In this document: positions 39,401 to 52,041 of the stretch, piece after piece | Layout of the letters: the number at the start of each line of letters is the position of its first letter | How positions within the stretch are numbered: position 1 is the first letter of the stretch | Source of the DNA: Tubiluchus corallicola | Lineage: Eukaryota > Animalia > Priapulida | Assembly: GCA_030141605.1 (NCBI GenBank) | Contig: JAQGDQ010000077.1 | Location: forward strand, 310,001-374,000 | Direction: 5' to 3' | Length of the DNA: 64,000 bases | Notes under the pieces: generated by a model | Told to the model about the DNA's origin: nothing | Database searches by the model: none | What the model saw: the letters and a program-made list of their open reading frames with translations, nothing else | Translations under genes and position numbers: made by a program

Positions 39401-42021
39401 ATTAGCAACTATTTCGCAAGAATAGAGGAGTAGGTCTAACACGCTTCAGTTATTGGATTCTGTTAAATGGGAGGTCTGATATTATTTATCTACATAATCT
39501 ACATTCCACATTCAGTCGTAATCCAAAGCTGCTAATGCTGGCAACGGGTCCTAAGCTAAAACCGTTGTTTACTTTAAACTACTGCCCTGCATTTTCCCAT
39601 TTTAAAAATCATTAAAAATTTATTTCTCTTTATACTGTTGCATTGGAATCAGATTTTTGACATTAAAATAGGTGCATGGATTACAACAATATCAAGCTAA
39701 ATAAAATTAATTTGCAGATTCTTATGTGGTTTAAATAAAACAGTTCAAATTTTCTAAAGAAACAACACTTAAGTACAACACATTACCCACATTAAAAAAC
39801 TGTTCAATGCGTTTTTCTGATACTTTACAATTTAGGTCTGAATTGACGTCAAACATATTGGTCTATCGCTCAATCCCCGTGCAACGTTCAGCAGAAATCG
39901 GGACAACAGCTCACGCAGGATAACAACTGTCCAAGCTAAACTAAACTAAATTAAACAACATGACAGTCACAACTAATGTCTAGTCAGCAGATAAATTTGC
40001 AAAGCAGCAGCTATTTTAGCACGGAATTAACACTTCAAGTAGCAAAAATTACTTTTCAATTTAAACAGAATGTAGAGACGAAACTTCAAAGCACTACAAA
40101 ATACAGAGACACAAATACAATAAAGACACTAAGCCAGTTAGCCCTGCTTTACAACAAATGAGCACCAAAAATATTAAGTCTCTTTTGCCAATAAAGATAC
40201 GAACATCAAGCCTGCGATGTATTTGTCTACATTAATTGATCATGTGCTCGTCTGCAAGATCTATTACGTTTTTGTATTTTTCCGTTTGTCAAGCTACGGA
40301 AATGGAATAAATTTGACTGTTCCATTCCATAGACGACTCTTATATTGAATGCCCAAGTCACATAAGTCCCAATGGTATCTTTTAAGCTTGATTATAACCA
40401 GAAAAATAGCGTAAAATTAGCTAATATTACATTGATGTATAATATAAGTTTTGACCACATTTGCATTCATTTTGACTGTGAAAATCTCATTGAGGTTTAT
40501 AAAAACTAGCCAGGAAAGAAAACATTTTGTTTTGTCCTTATTTAAAGTTAATCAAATAGTTGTTTTTATCTAACTTGCAAAACCATTAACTAAACTAAAC
40601 TGCGCGTTTTCTTGATTGCAAAATGGTTTAATCAGCAACTCATAGACGTAAGCGTTGTGCATTTTTTCCTATAAACGAAACTAGATTACATATTTCCACT
40701 AATTCACTTGCAATTTCAATTGACAATAATAAAATCTAGAACCAAGCCAATATTTATTCTGCTAACTAATGAAAAGTTGAGCATTTTTCATAACAGTGTT
40801 CGTCGGAGGTGTAGCTAAATGTCCCGAACGTACCTGCAGCAGTTGTGTGTGAAATAACTTGCACGCTGATTGAGCAGTCAACGAAAATGATTGGCATTTT
40901 GTTAGACGTCAATTGATCAGTAGGAAAGCTGACAAAGCAATCATACTAATACCCAGATTTTTTTTAACTTTTGTGCTTTATGAAAATAGCAAGCATAAAA
41001 TTTTTATTTTTTTATCAAAAATTAGTGGGTAAATGGTATCACTGTGGCTTAACTATGCCAAATACTGTGGTAACAACTCTTCAGTTTTGGTTGTTAAATT
41101 GTTTAGAGTGACCACTCATTAAAGGAATGTAGCACCCAATTTTAGGCAATAGCTAAAATATGCGATATTGAGTGAGAGAAAATATTTGTTTTGAAGGAAG
41201 AGTTATATTATATTAAAGAATTACCTACATTTTCGCGAAAACGATATTTCGACCGACACAGTATTCTGATATTAGCTTAAATACCATTACCCTTGATCGA
41301 GTTGCTATGGAGATGTCTTCATAGGCAAAAACATTTGTGCAGAAATTATTATACAGCGCTGATTGCTAAAGATAATTTGGTAAAGATAATTTGCGCAATT
41401 TTTTCGTCTGCCATAGTTCACCAGTTCTTGTATGTTTACTAACCAACTATAACTTTTTGAACCGCTTCTATTTTCCAACTTGAACTGTGAACTTAACAAT
41501 ATACTAGTGAGATGTGGGTGTACACGTAAAACTTGAATATTAGTCAATAATCACCCTCTTTGTGCCAAGTTTAATTATGAAATCTGACTCCTGGAAGCAA
41601 TACGCTGATATTTTTATACTTTAACCCTCTTGGTCATACCCCACTCTTAGCGATTCTGCAGGCAAATATGTGCGATAAGTATTTATTTCGCGCAGTAATT
41701 ATTGTTACTAATAACCAAAAGACAGCACCAAATGAGTTTAAATAATAATTGTTACAGTTCTTGATAAATTTTAGAAGGATCCCGTTCTTGCGCAAAATGA
41801 TAAAACATTAACTTAATGATCAATATGTGAAGCAAAATTAAATGTTGCAGTTGCAATATCTTATGCCTATACTGTGCAACAGTATAAATTGCACAAATAC
41901 CATAACTAGACTATTCCACGGTTGAGAAAAGTATGCGATAGACTGACATACACACACACACGCATAGACAAAACGGACCAATAATTCTATAGTTGAATAC
42001 ATGAAAGAACCAGCCTCTAGG

Positions 42022-42302
42022 AATTAACATATTGTTTCTAGCGCAAACGACCGTTTTGACAGCAAATGTAATTTTCAATGTTATAAATCAAGCCAGAACA
42101 AATAATCAGTACCATTATGTTACTACTAACCAAGGCATAGAATAAATTATATCTTTTGGCTGTGTAATGACATAATTTATTCTAAGCCTTGATTAGTAGT
42201 AACATAATTGTACTGATTATTTGTTTTGGGCTTGATTTATAGCATTGAAAATGACATTTGCTGTCGAAACGATCGTCTGCGCTAATAAATAATATGTTAA
42301 TT
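42022..42302. mobile_element. Foldback/palindromic element (MITE-like): ~132-bp inverted arms with a 15-nt spacer
   Basis: 42022-42153 is the imperfect reverse complement of 42169-42302. One arm plus flank recurs at about 53104-53255. Confidence 0.8.
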
Positions 42303-44478
42303 TTGTGGTTGTCCACGTCGTAGAAACAACTATAATAATACCAGTCTATGGTATATTAAAATACTGAGTAATATAGGATGGTCCATCTGTATGTTCAGCA
42401 TAATTAATAAAAGCTAAATGCAATAATTCATTAATTGGAATTTAATTTTATTATCTTGTCTTTTATTGAAATGAACATTTCATCACGAGCAACATTACTG
42501 ATGGCATCACGTATTACAGTACCAAAATGAGCTAAATCTAAACCTCTACGTTTACATTCTAGTGTTTGTTGTGAATTATTAAAATGATAATTCATTATCA
42601 TATTATTAAAATAATAATTCACACACGAAAAACATCGTTTCAAGTAATCATATAGTCACATTGAAAACAGTTTAGGTAAACACTCAAACTGTGATTAAAA
42701 AGCAAATTGGCAAAGCAGGCAAAATGCTTATTTATAATCACTGTACATGACTGACAAATATGTGAACCTATTTTTTTCAATTAAAATAAGTACTTTTTTC
42801 AATTACTGTAAAAAACGAATTCTTACACCGTGTTCTAACTGCAGGAACCAGTAAACAGTGCAGCAATGGCTTTAAATTTCTACACTTATTTCACTAGTCC
42901 AGTGTATGCATCTCTCAAAGTAAAATGAAATGCGGCCATGAAATTTACAAGCATAGAGTGACTTTTAGTTGCACTATTACCTAAAGTGAACAAATGGGAA
43001 AATTCTGACTTATCTCAACAAATACACAAAACTGTATAACGACTGGAATGATTAATCCACTTTTTAATAAATGTGTTCTAATAATTACATGCAAAAAACC
43101 TACATCACAAAGCATAGTCGCAAGGTTAGTGAAATTTCTTACAACCAAAATAGGTGTAACATTTACAAGTGAAAATGAACTAGGAAGCTTGTTGAACTAA
43201 CCAGCATTTTAAAACTTGCAGACAGGAAAAAATTGGACAAGGAAGAAACAGGTAAAAATCATGGTGGCAATTAAAACTTGTTATGCTAAAAGTTATTTTG
43301 AAAATTTGTACATTTATACGCTTGAACTATCAAGCTGTCAACCTAGAAATGACAAAGTAATAGACAAATAAATGTTATGTGATTAAAGTAATGACACAAG
43401 CGCTCTCATACCTAATCTTAGCACACTGAAGTATACTGACTAATTTAAGTGTGAACTGATAATTTTAAGGATGGAACCTGCACCAGAAAACTAAAACTAA
43501 TCAAAAATCTATGCATTCTGTGAAATAATAAAAGACAGCATTATTTGGGACGGTGTTCAACTAAATTATGAGGCAAAACAACCAGTCTATCAGAAACTTG
43601 TTAACACACTCAGCTGTATCAAAATGAATAATAGCAAAAGTGAATGAAAATTGCACTTTACAGTCTAGTGATGTGGACAGGCACTAAGCAAAAAACCAAT
43701 TCCTCTAAAAGTGTGAAGACAAACTGAGACAATTTATGTGAGCAAATAGTACAGATTGTTAATACATATTAAACACAATTAATCAAGTGTACTAATAATA
43801 CATACACAAAACAAATTCACTAAACAGTAATCCCGCCCAACAGTAAGAACTAATAAAATTGACAAGAACCAAGAAACAAATGTAAACGACAAACATTACA
43901 GAAATATTAAACTAAAGCACATTTGTTTTTAAGAGATGACATTTTCTTTTGAAAAAAGAATCATACTTTCAGGCCCTAATTTTTAAAGTTGAGGGCTTCC
44001 CTGCCAAGGATGATTTATCTATTTGTTTTAAACACTCGCTTGAAAATGTGACATGACATAAAAAAGAACTAAAGCTACAATATAGTTGATGATTATGGAA
44101 ATTCAACCTATATAACAGATGCATAACCACTATAGGTACATACAAGAATCTTTATATGTTGGCAGCCAGAAAATCAATAATGCAATGGCAAATGGATATA
44201 ACCATGGCATATTTAATTAATGTATCAAAGTGCAAGCTTTCAAGTAATTTCAAGTAAAAAAACCAAGAGAATTTATACAGATTGCCTAGCAACTTTAAGC
44301 CCATTTTAAGATACTACGATAAATGCATTTTCAAACACTTAATATTCTTAATTTTGAAAAGAAAAAAGTTGGAAAAAAGAAGAAAAGGTAAATAGCTATT
44401 TTATTATTAATTTCCAAACTATGACGTCACAGCATGGATTGTACAATTAAATAGCCGCATGTTTTTCAGCAACCCAAA

Positions 44479-46320
44479 TCATTTCTTGTTTTCAGGTTTT
44501 TCTACAACCGTCCCAGTGAGAATGTAGCCACCCGTACCATCCATATTCATTTCAGGGTGAGTCCGATCTGGTATGATCTGGAATCTACGAACCCAGGCTT
44601 CAGTGAAGTACATATTTACAATACCTCCACGGCGTCTCAGTTTGTGGTACAACTCTGTTAGTGGTTCTCTGTAAAGGCTGAAAACAGCAAAGCAGCGAGA
44701 CGGTTTCAGGAAGTCAACTAATTTCATCGCAATGTTTGTTGGATGATGCTTGCTGGCAATGATTAACCCATCCATTTTCTCTTCCAGCAGTTCTAGTGCT
44801 TTCACTGTTGACTTCAGCTCTTCAAATTCTTCATTCTTAATTCTTGTCTCATCCTCTGCCTTTCTTTTTCGCTTTCTAAAATCGTCCATTTTTCGGCGCT
44901 TGGCTTCTTCTTTCTTGCGCTTTTCCTCCGCTTTTTTACGCTTCATCTCTTCTTCTTTTTTGCGCTTTTCCTCCGCAGCTTTTTTCCTTGCTTTTTCTTT
45001 TTCCTCTTCAGTTTCCTCCTCTTTCTTTTCTTCTTCTTTACTTTCATGTTTCCTCTGTTCGTCTGCTTTCTCTTCTTTTTCGTAATCTCCCTCTTTTTCA
45101 GTTTCTTCTTTGTCCTCTGTTTTATCACGTTTCGCCTCTTCTTTTTCTACCCTTTCTACCTTACCACTTTCACCACGAGTTTCTTCCTCATCTTCTGTCT
45201 TTCTTTTTTTGCACTGTGGTTCGTCGTCTGATTCTTCATTTTCTACTATTAATTGTGCCTCTTCATCTTCCAAGGCTGTTTCAGCTTGAATGGCTGCTAT
45301 AGCATCTGCTTCTGCTTGGCCAAGCAATTCTTCTTTCTTTTCTAAAATATCTTTTCTTTTTCCTAGATCTGTGAATGAGACTGAACAGAATCTGTCAAAA
45401 TAATGAGGGGGAAAGTCAAATGCGCACAGCGCCAGGCGTACATGTGAATCATCATTGTGTAAGCGGACAAGGGCTCCAGTACCACCAAGTCGTTCCAACA
45501 CTGCTCCACACAACAGCCCGTTGCAAGCTTCTATGACCATAAACTTGCTGCCTGCTTTTGCATTAGTCATGGTTAATAACTGTGAAACTGCATCCACACG
45601 CAGATTGACAAATTTGGACGACTGTCGACCAGAGAAGGATTCACAGAGTAATCTAGTAGTTGGCTTAAGGAGAGTAAATTTTGCTACGTATTTTTTCTTC
45701 TTTTTCTTCACATATTTCTCCTTGGAATATTCCGTTTTATCCTTGTAGGTTGCACTATTTGCAACTAGTTTGCTGACAATTTCTTCTCCAGTGGCACCAC
45801 TATCCTTGAGTTCAGTTATATCTTCTGCAGACAGCTTCTGTGCTGAGCTATCATCCTGAAGATTGCGATTATCTGCATCTATACCACTAGTATCGTTAGT
45901 TTTTTCTTTTTCTTCACCATCAGCAATACCTTCACTTTTTTCTTTTGAATCTTCTGCAGTGGTTTTTTCCATAGATTCTTCTTCCTCTTTTTCGTGGTCA
46001 CCTTTTCCTTTGGGAGCACCTTCTTCCTTTTCTGCCTGTTTCTTTTCTTCCTTTCCAGTGCCATTTTCCACATTAATTACTTCTTCTTCTTCATCACTGC
46101 CTTCATCAACAACCAGCTCATTATTTTCAACCTGAAAGGTGGTGCCAAATGGATATCCAATGGCCCCATCCAATGTGAACTGGAATCTCTCCACCGAAAT
46201 CATACGTCCTTTGCGTACTTGATACAGCCGAGGACAGTCATCTTTTTGCACAATAACATAGGAATCCTCCTTTATCAATTTAGGCTCTTCAGAAACTACG
46301 GTTTCCATGGGTTCACTCAT
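44479..46320 (-). CDS. TRMT6: tRNA (adenine(58)-N1)-methyltransferase non-catalytic subunit TRM6/GCD10, 613 aa, intronless
   Basis: Uninterrupted ORF with Gcd10 family motifs: LDGAIGYPFGTTFQV, DNRNLQDDSSAQKLSAEDITELK, EIVSKLVANSATYKDKTEYSKEKYVKKKKKKY, LRVDAVSQLLT, GLLCGAVLERLGG, DGLIIAS, LKPSRCFAVFSLYREPL, WVRRFQIIPDRTHPEMNMDGTGGYILTG. In-frame TAA four codons upstream of the ATG. Confidence 0.96.
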   Translation of the reverse strand: MSEPMETVVSEEPKLIKEDSYVIVQKDDCPRLYQVRKGRMISVERFQFTLDGAIGYPFGTTFQVENNELVVDEGSDEEEEVINVENGTGKEEKKQAEKEEGAPKGKGDHEKEEEESMEKTTAEDSKEKSEGIADGEEKEKTNDTSGIDADNRNLQDDSSAQKLSAEDITELKDSGATGEEIVSKLVANSATYKDKTEYSKEKYVKKKKKKYVAKFTLLKPTTRLLCESFSGRQSSKFVNLRVDAVSQLLTMTNAKAGSKFMVIEACNGLLCGAVLERLGGTGALVRLHNDDSHVRLALCAFDFPPHYFDRFCSVSFTDLGKRKDILEKKEELLGQAEADAIAAIQAETALEDEEAQLIVENEESDDEPQCKKRKTEDEEETRGESGKVERVEKEEAKRDKTEDKEETEKEGDYEKEEKADEQRKHESKEEEKKEEETEEEKEKARKKAAEEKRKKEEEMKRKKAEEKRKKEEAKRRKMDDFRKRKRKAEDETRIKNEEFEELKSTVKALELLEEKMDGLIIASKHHPTNIAMKLVDFLKPSRCFAVFSLYREPLTELYHKLRRRGGIVNMYFTEAWVRRFQIIPDRTHPEMNMDGTGGYILTGTVVEKPENKK

Positions 46321-46439
46321 TTTTCTTAGTTAGCTTACAAAATACTTTTGCTACTAAGCCTAACACAACTATTAGTTGAAAATACAATAGATGCACACAG
46401 TGCAACTAAACAAAATACAATATTCTAAAAAGTTACAGA

Positions 46440-49400
46440 TTACTGAAAAGATGGTAGCTGGCAGATTATCTTCCTGTTAATTTCAGCAAGGTTGATAGAA
46501 CAACTAGCAAGTTTCTCTGGACTCAAATCGGCAAAAATGTCTTCTTCTTTGAGTTCTGCACCTAGAAGATCATAAATGAAATGTAAAAATAGTGAAAATG
46601 ATCAAGTTGTTTACCTTCTGTTATTATTTTACGTTGGTAATTTACTGATTCCACTGTAAGTAGCTCAAAAATGATTCTTTATGACAAAAATTGGAAAACA
46701 TCTTTAACAAAAACATTTCTCTCAACACATTTCAGTAGAAGCTTAGCTCGCGGAGCTTGCTTTGCCAGAGTAGAGTGGTAAGTAGCAACAAGTTTTTGAA
46801 TAATCTCAATCCAAATCCAACTACAGTTATGCTTGCAACGGCATTTCATTACCAGAGTACTTTAAAGTACTGGACATAAATGTTTGAGATGTCGTTGCAA
46901 TTTAAAAACCTAGAAGTATAGTAGGGCAAATTTAGTACAAGTTTTGAGTGAGTTAGTGTGTTCAAGTAGGCATATATGGTACAGTAATAGCATACCGTTA
47001 CCGTTGCTGTTAGAACTCTCACTTCTTCGTCTCACTAGCAATCTGCTAACTCTTTCTTCTTCTTCGCAGTCTTTTGCAGAATCAACTGAATTGCCTAACA
47101 GTCTGACCTCAGTAACAGTTTTGCTACCCTTGGGCCGAACACGTTGCAGTCTTTTGTTTTCAGGCTGTGGATTTTCTGCCTTAGCAGCATGCACTGAACG
47201 TGCCTACATATATGCAATGTATTAACAGAGATTAATGTATTTTAATTATCTATCACAAATACATACATAATTGGGGCAAAGAAGATAGCTGAGTGCTCAC
47301 AGTGTGTGCTTAATGAACAAGTAAAACAACACCAAGCCTCAAGAGCAAAAGGGTGGGCAATTGCCAGGAAAGTCTGAACAATTTCATCTGGCATGTTACA
47401 GCTGGCCATTTATCTCGTTGAAGGAGGATATGTTTGCACCCAAATGCGGCTAAGACATCTGGCAGTGGCTAATTCAGTGTCTCATCGGAAAAGATTATTC
47501 CTTACTAATGAGCACCAACACAATAAGCAGCAAGACAGTGAATGCTGAAATGCAAAACAATTAATTATACACATTATAACAATTCACTTTACCTACCTGC
47601 AAATTAAAAAAGTATTTAATTCTTGATTATAAAACACTTGTTACTGACAGATTGTACCATTGTGATTTAATTTTTTTACATTTACGAAAATATAATGTTT
47701 AATTGTCTATGACCATTGATTATGACTACTCAGTTACTATCTTTATGAGGCTATCAATTTGTGCCATTTTCTAACATTTGTAACTAATGGGCAAAAAATT
47801 TGTGCTTATCTAATTATTTAGCATTTATATTTAGGAGCAAAATAAAAATAGAACAGGCATGAAGGGTTCCTCATTTAAGCAATTATTAATACTACCGGTG
47901 GTGGTGGCAAAATTGCAGGAAAGTTCCATCCAGTGCATAAAATATCAGACAGCAGATTATCAGCATAATTTACAATGATAACTGCTCAGACAAACTACAT
48001 TCTCAAAGGAATTTATTTGAGTGTCTCAAATATGTGAAAACTTCTTTTTGAGTATGCATCACTATCTCGACTTATTTTGTTTAAGTAGTGCCTTGTAATA
48101 AACTTGTACCAATAACTTAATTTGTAAGAATTTAATTTTATTACAGTGAATTAACAATAATGTTTAAAGCACTAATAATTAAATAGTAACAGACATCACT
48201 TTACAATAGGATTTAACACAAAAAATATAAAAACATAATAGTAAATTAAGCTAGTAAATTAGCTAAATAAATTAAGCTAGGTTTCGAACTTTTGATATGA
48301 CATTTTAATGAAATTGTAGCTTCTGAATTTGTTTCCAAATTCAGTAATGAATAACATACAAGTACAACATTAAAGGTCCTATGACACTATTTTTTATGTT
48401 ACTTTCTTTTGAAGCTTAGGCAGAATTGCATATTTCCTAATTTTTAAAACAGTTTTGATGTATGCTTTTATGTGATATAGTAACTTAAATTAAGCGCTGT
48501 TGGTACTCGCAATTTTTACAAAAATTTTAGGCACATTTAGATATTTAGTCCTGATCAGTTTTACAGTATATTTTGACAGGCATAATTGCCATTTATAAAA
48601 AGTGCTGGAGAGCATTGTTGCTACAACCACGAATCAGTTTTTTTTGTACTAGTCTGCAATTCACAAAAAGGTAGGCTTCATGCAAGAAAAAATAACACAA
48701 AAGTTCACCTTTTCCAACTGACGCTGAAATCTGGCTGGAGAATAAAAATCTGGATCTCGTCTAATTCTTTCTGTGCGACGTCGCTTTACTTCAACTGATT
48801 GTCCTAAATAAAATGACAAAAAATCAGCTACAATTTACGTTCAGCATATACTGCAAGCGTGTTCAAACATATTGCAACGTTGCTGAAAAATTTCAAGTAC
48901 AAAGCCTTGAAACCGAAATGATATTGTAACCGCAAACACATTCTTATCGCATATATACTTATACCATATTTTCTTGAAAAATAATAGGTATGCTGCTAAA
49001 ACCTATGACTGACTTTATAGCATTGTGGGCTAAACTCATATAAATAATGTTTTGTTCTACCTCTTGTTATTTTCACTAATTGTTTTAAAAACCTCAGAAA
49101 ACAGTGTTCATTATGGAAAAATAAAGCAGTTTATCATGTGAACTTATAGATTGCACTTAATTAACAGACATCTTGTCATAATGCTTTCTTGTGATCAACT
49201 AAGGTTACAAGCTTTACAGAAGTTCAGGAGTGAATCACATGACGACTATTGCTACTGGACAAGCACAATACTTGCATGCTGACCACAAACGGCAAGGAGG
49301 CCTATATAAAAACTGGAAAGTAAACAAGTAAAATCCCTAACTAATAAATGACTTAGTAAATGAATAAAACAGAATATTAGACGGTTTGTAGTGTACTTAG

Positions 49401-52041
49401 CCAATCGGCTTCATACTCATATACTGATCCCATTTCAGTCCTGCTTTCTCACTGATCTTCCGCGATTTCATGGTGGCAGACAATCACGTATAAGTAGTAA
49501 AATTACGTACCTACTACCTATTAAGTACTTAGAGCCTTACATTTAATACAATTATACAGTAGTACTCTAATAATTTCTCATTATTAGAATTATAATACAT
49601 GTATATAACATGTATATTAAAACTTGACAAGTGCTTTCAGCAACTAAACTAAGAATTAGTAAACTAACACACAGGAAATATTATTTCAGAAATTTAATTA
49701 AATGAATTGAAAACATTTACTTTACGTTACTTTATTTTGTCCCTTTTTGACTTACTCGCCAATTTTCAATTTTTATTTTAGCATGCATCGATACATTACT
49801 TTTACAGGGCGAAAATTAACACCAGTCCACCCAGATGTTCCCGTAAAATTGCCTGAGAACTGACTCAACTCGTTTGTATACCGGTCCCTGTGGCCGGTAA
49901 ACTAAGCTTAGCCCTTCGTTTACTTTGTCTCCATATTAATGAAGCCTTGTACGTACATTTTCCAAGTCAGTGTACGCAGTTAGCGATGTCCTTACTTACA
50001 AAAATTATAATTAATGTTTACAGCGTAGTTTAAAGTAATCTGGTTGTTTAAGTTAAATCTACAGGTAAATCACAAAAAGTATTCACTTGCATGAGTTACT
50101 ATGGGGAAACCACCATGTTAACGATATTCGCGCTGGCATGTTCTAGATTTGAACAAATACGCTTAATCACGTACCAAACGAACTATTTAAAAAAATGAAA
50201 ATATGAAAGAAAAGAGCTGAAATGTAGGTAGATTTGACGAAAAAGTACACGAATTTTATTTGGATATTTTTACACAAAATTTGGAGATTAATTATAACTT
50301 CTTAAAAGTTCTGCCATTGGATACAAGTACTTATCAGCTATGCAGCACATGCACAGTGTGCTCACATCATAAGAGCCGAAAAATAAAAACAGTGTCATTT
50401 GGGAGTTTTTTATCAAAAAAATACTGTTAAATACAGATTAATACTAAAACCTAAATGGGAACACGAAAAGAAAAATACGGTATGTAATGTTGTCAAATCG
50501 CTATACAACATTAATGTTGTATAGGATTCTCTATGCACTATGCAAGAAAATGGCTAAATTTGCACTCTCTTTGTATCAATCATCACCAACCAAAGAACTA
50601 AAAACTCCAGAATCACAAGACAATATTTTAAAATAGAGAGTAGAATACACTGTCAGAGACAAATAGTTTTACTATTCATTATACATGCCTTACGAAAGAG
50701 TAGCTAGATGAGAAGAGAAACTAATTTATATAATATTTAATACATCAGATTACACAAAGTCATTATATGTATGCATTGTAAATAATAACATCAGGGCGAA
50801 TAAGGTCGTCACATATTAGATCACACAAGAATGAAAAAGAAAATTTTCAAAGTGCTCTAACAACTTTTTACAGCTTCCCAGATCCTTATCCATTAAAAAG
50901 TTTCCAAAACAAAAGTACTGTCATCATATATATTCAATTGTGCAAAAAAACTATTGCTATACAGTCTATTTTGAGGTATCTGACTAACAAAATGAACATT
51001 TTGACAAGATGTGTATGAAATTGGTTTGACGGTAAACAGTATTACAATTCTTGCACATAAGAAATTTGTTACGAAATTAAGCTTTTATTTGTTCAAACTG
51101 TTGATTTCTGATTAGTATCCAAGCCTATGACAAAGATAGGAAAGGTAGCAGGCCAACCCTATAATCTTAATTCGTCGATTAATATGGGAACTTTTATAAT
51201 GCAATAAATTTTATCAAAAAATAAAAACACACCTGATTCGTTAGACTCTTGTTGTTTTCCTTTCCGTATGAATTCGTGACCACACTTAGTACACTTCCTA
51301 CAAGCATTGGCTAACTAAAAATGAACCATTATATTTAAATATTGCTACATAAAAAGTCATTGCAAGTATTAAAATTACTTACATGTTCATATTATGAACA
51401 AAAGCTTTACAGAAGTAAAATGTTCAGCCATTGCACACAAATCAACAAATAACATCAAGTTTGCTAACAGAATTTGCCAAATTGAAATATTTAGTGTACA
51501 TGCAAATGCAAAAATTAAAACCTAAGGTACAGATGAGAATCCTGTATATTCTGATAATTGTGGTATAAGCCATAGCACAACTCGGCATGTACTAAAAGGC
51601 ATTATAGGCAGGCAAGCACAAAATTGTAGTTGCATTTATGTTCATCTTTGTGAGTTTAAATTCTTTCACTCGCATTTCGGTAAAAAATCATTTTACTAAC
51701 ATAAAGTTGTACTCTAAAAAGTTACTTTGCTAAATTATGAAAAGTAGATAGAATTATCAAATACGTTCGATACCTACTCCCAAGTTTTACAGAATTGTTA
51801 TCCATTCTGTGCAAAATAATACATTGACAACATAAATTCTTGTAAATTTCCATTGCGAGAATCCCAGCAAATTCAGGTAAAATTTAGAAAAAAAGCGAGA
51901 TAGCATAATACGTACTGAATTTTTAGTGATATAATTTATCTTTTCATCAAATCTACAAAACACGTGCAAAAGAAAGAGAACAGGGGGGAGTAATACTTTT
52001 CATACCTGAGTGTGACAAGATGGACATTCTTTATGGACCAT
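46440..52041 (-). CDS. C16orf87: UPF0547 / C16orf87-like zinc-ribbon protein, ~180 aa; complement(join(46440..46561,46996..47203,48709..48803,51233..51314,52006..52041))
   Basis: Five GT-AG exons in compatible phases (0,1,0,1), 543 nt: MVHKECPSCHTQ|LANACRKCTKCGHEFIRKGKQQESNES G|QSVEVKRRRTERIRRDP...QLEK|ARSVH...SNGN G|AELKEEDIFADLSPEKLASCSINLAEINRKIICQLPSFQ*. Matches recalled C16orf87 motifs K.CP.C..Q...AC..C..CG..F, KRRRTER.RR and DI.A.LS.EK....S..LAEINRKII.Q. Confidence 0.88.

Noticed and set aside
44750-46329. Several + strand ORFs (Ser/Phe-rich) and a shifted-frame Lys-rich ORF overlapping TRMT6
   Set aside because: These are antisense and alternate-frame shadows of the low-complexity E/K-rich coding sequence.
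46321-46439. Stop-codon readthrough fusing C16orf87 to TRMT6
   Set aside because: The spacer is 119 nt (out of frame), and an in-frame TAA lies four codons before the TRMT6 ATG.
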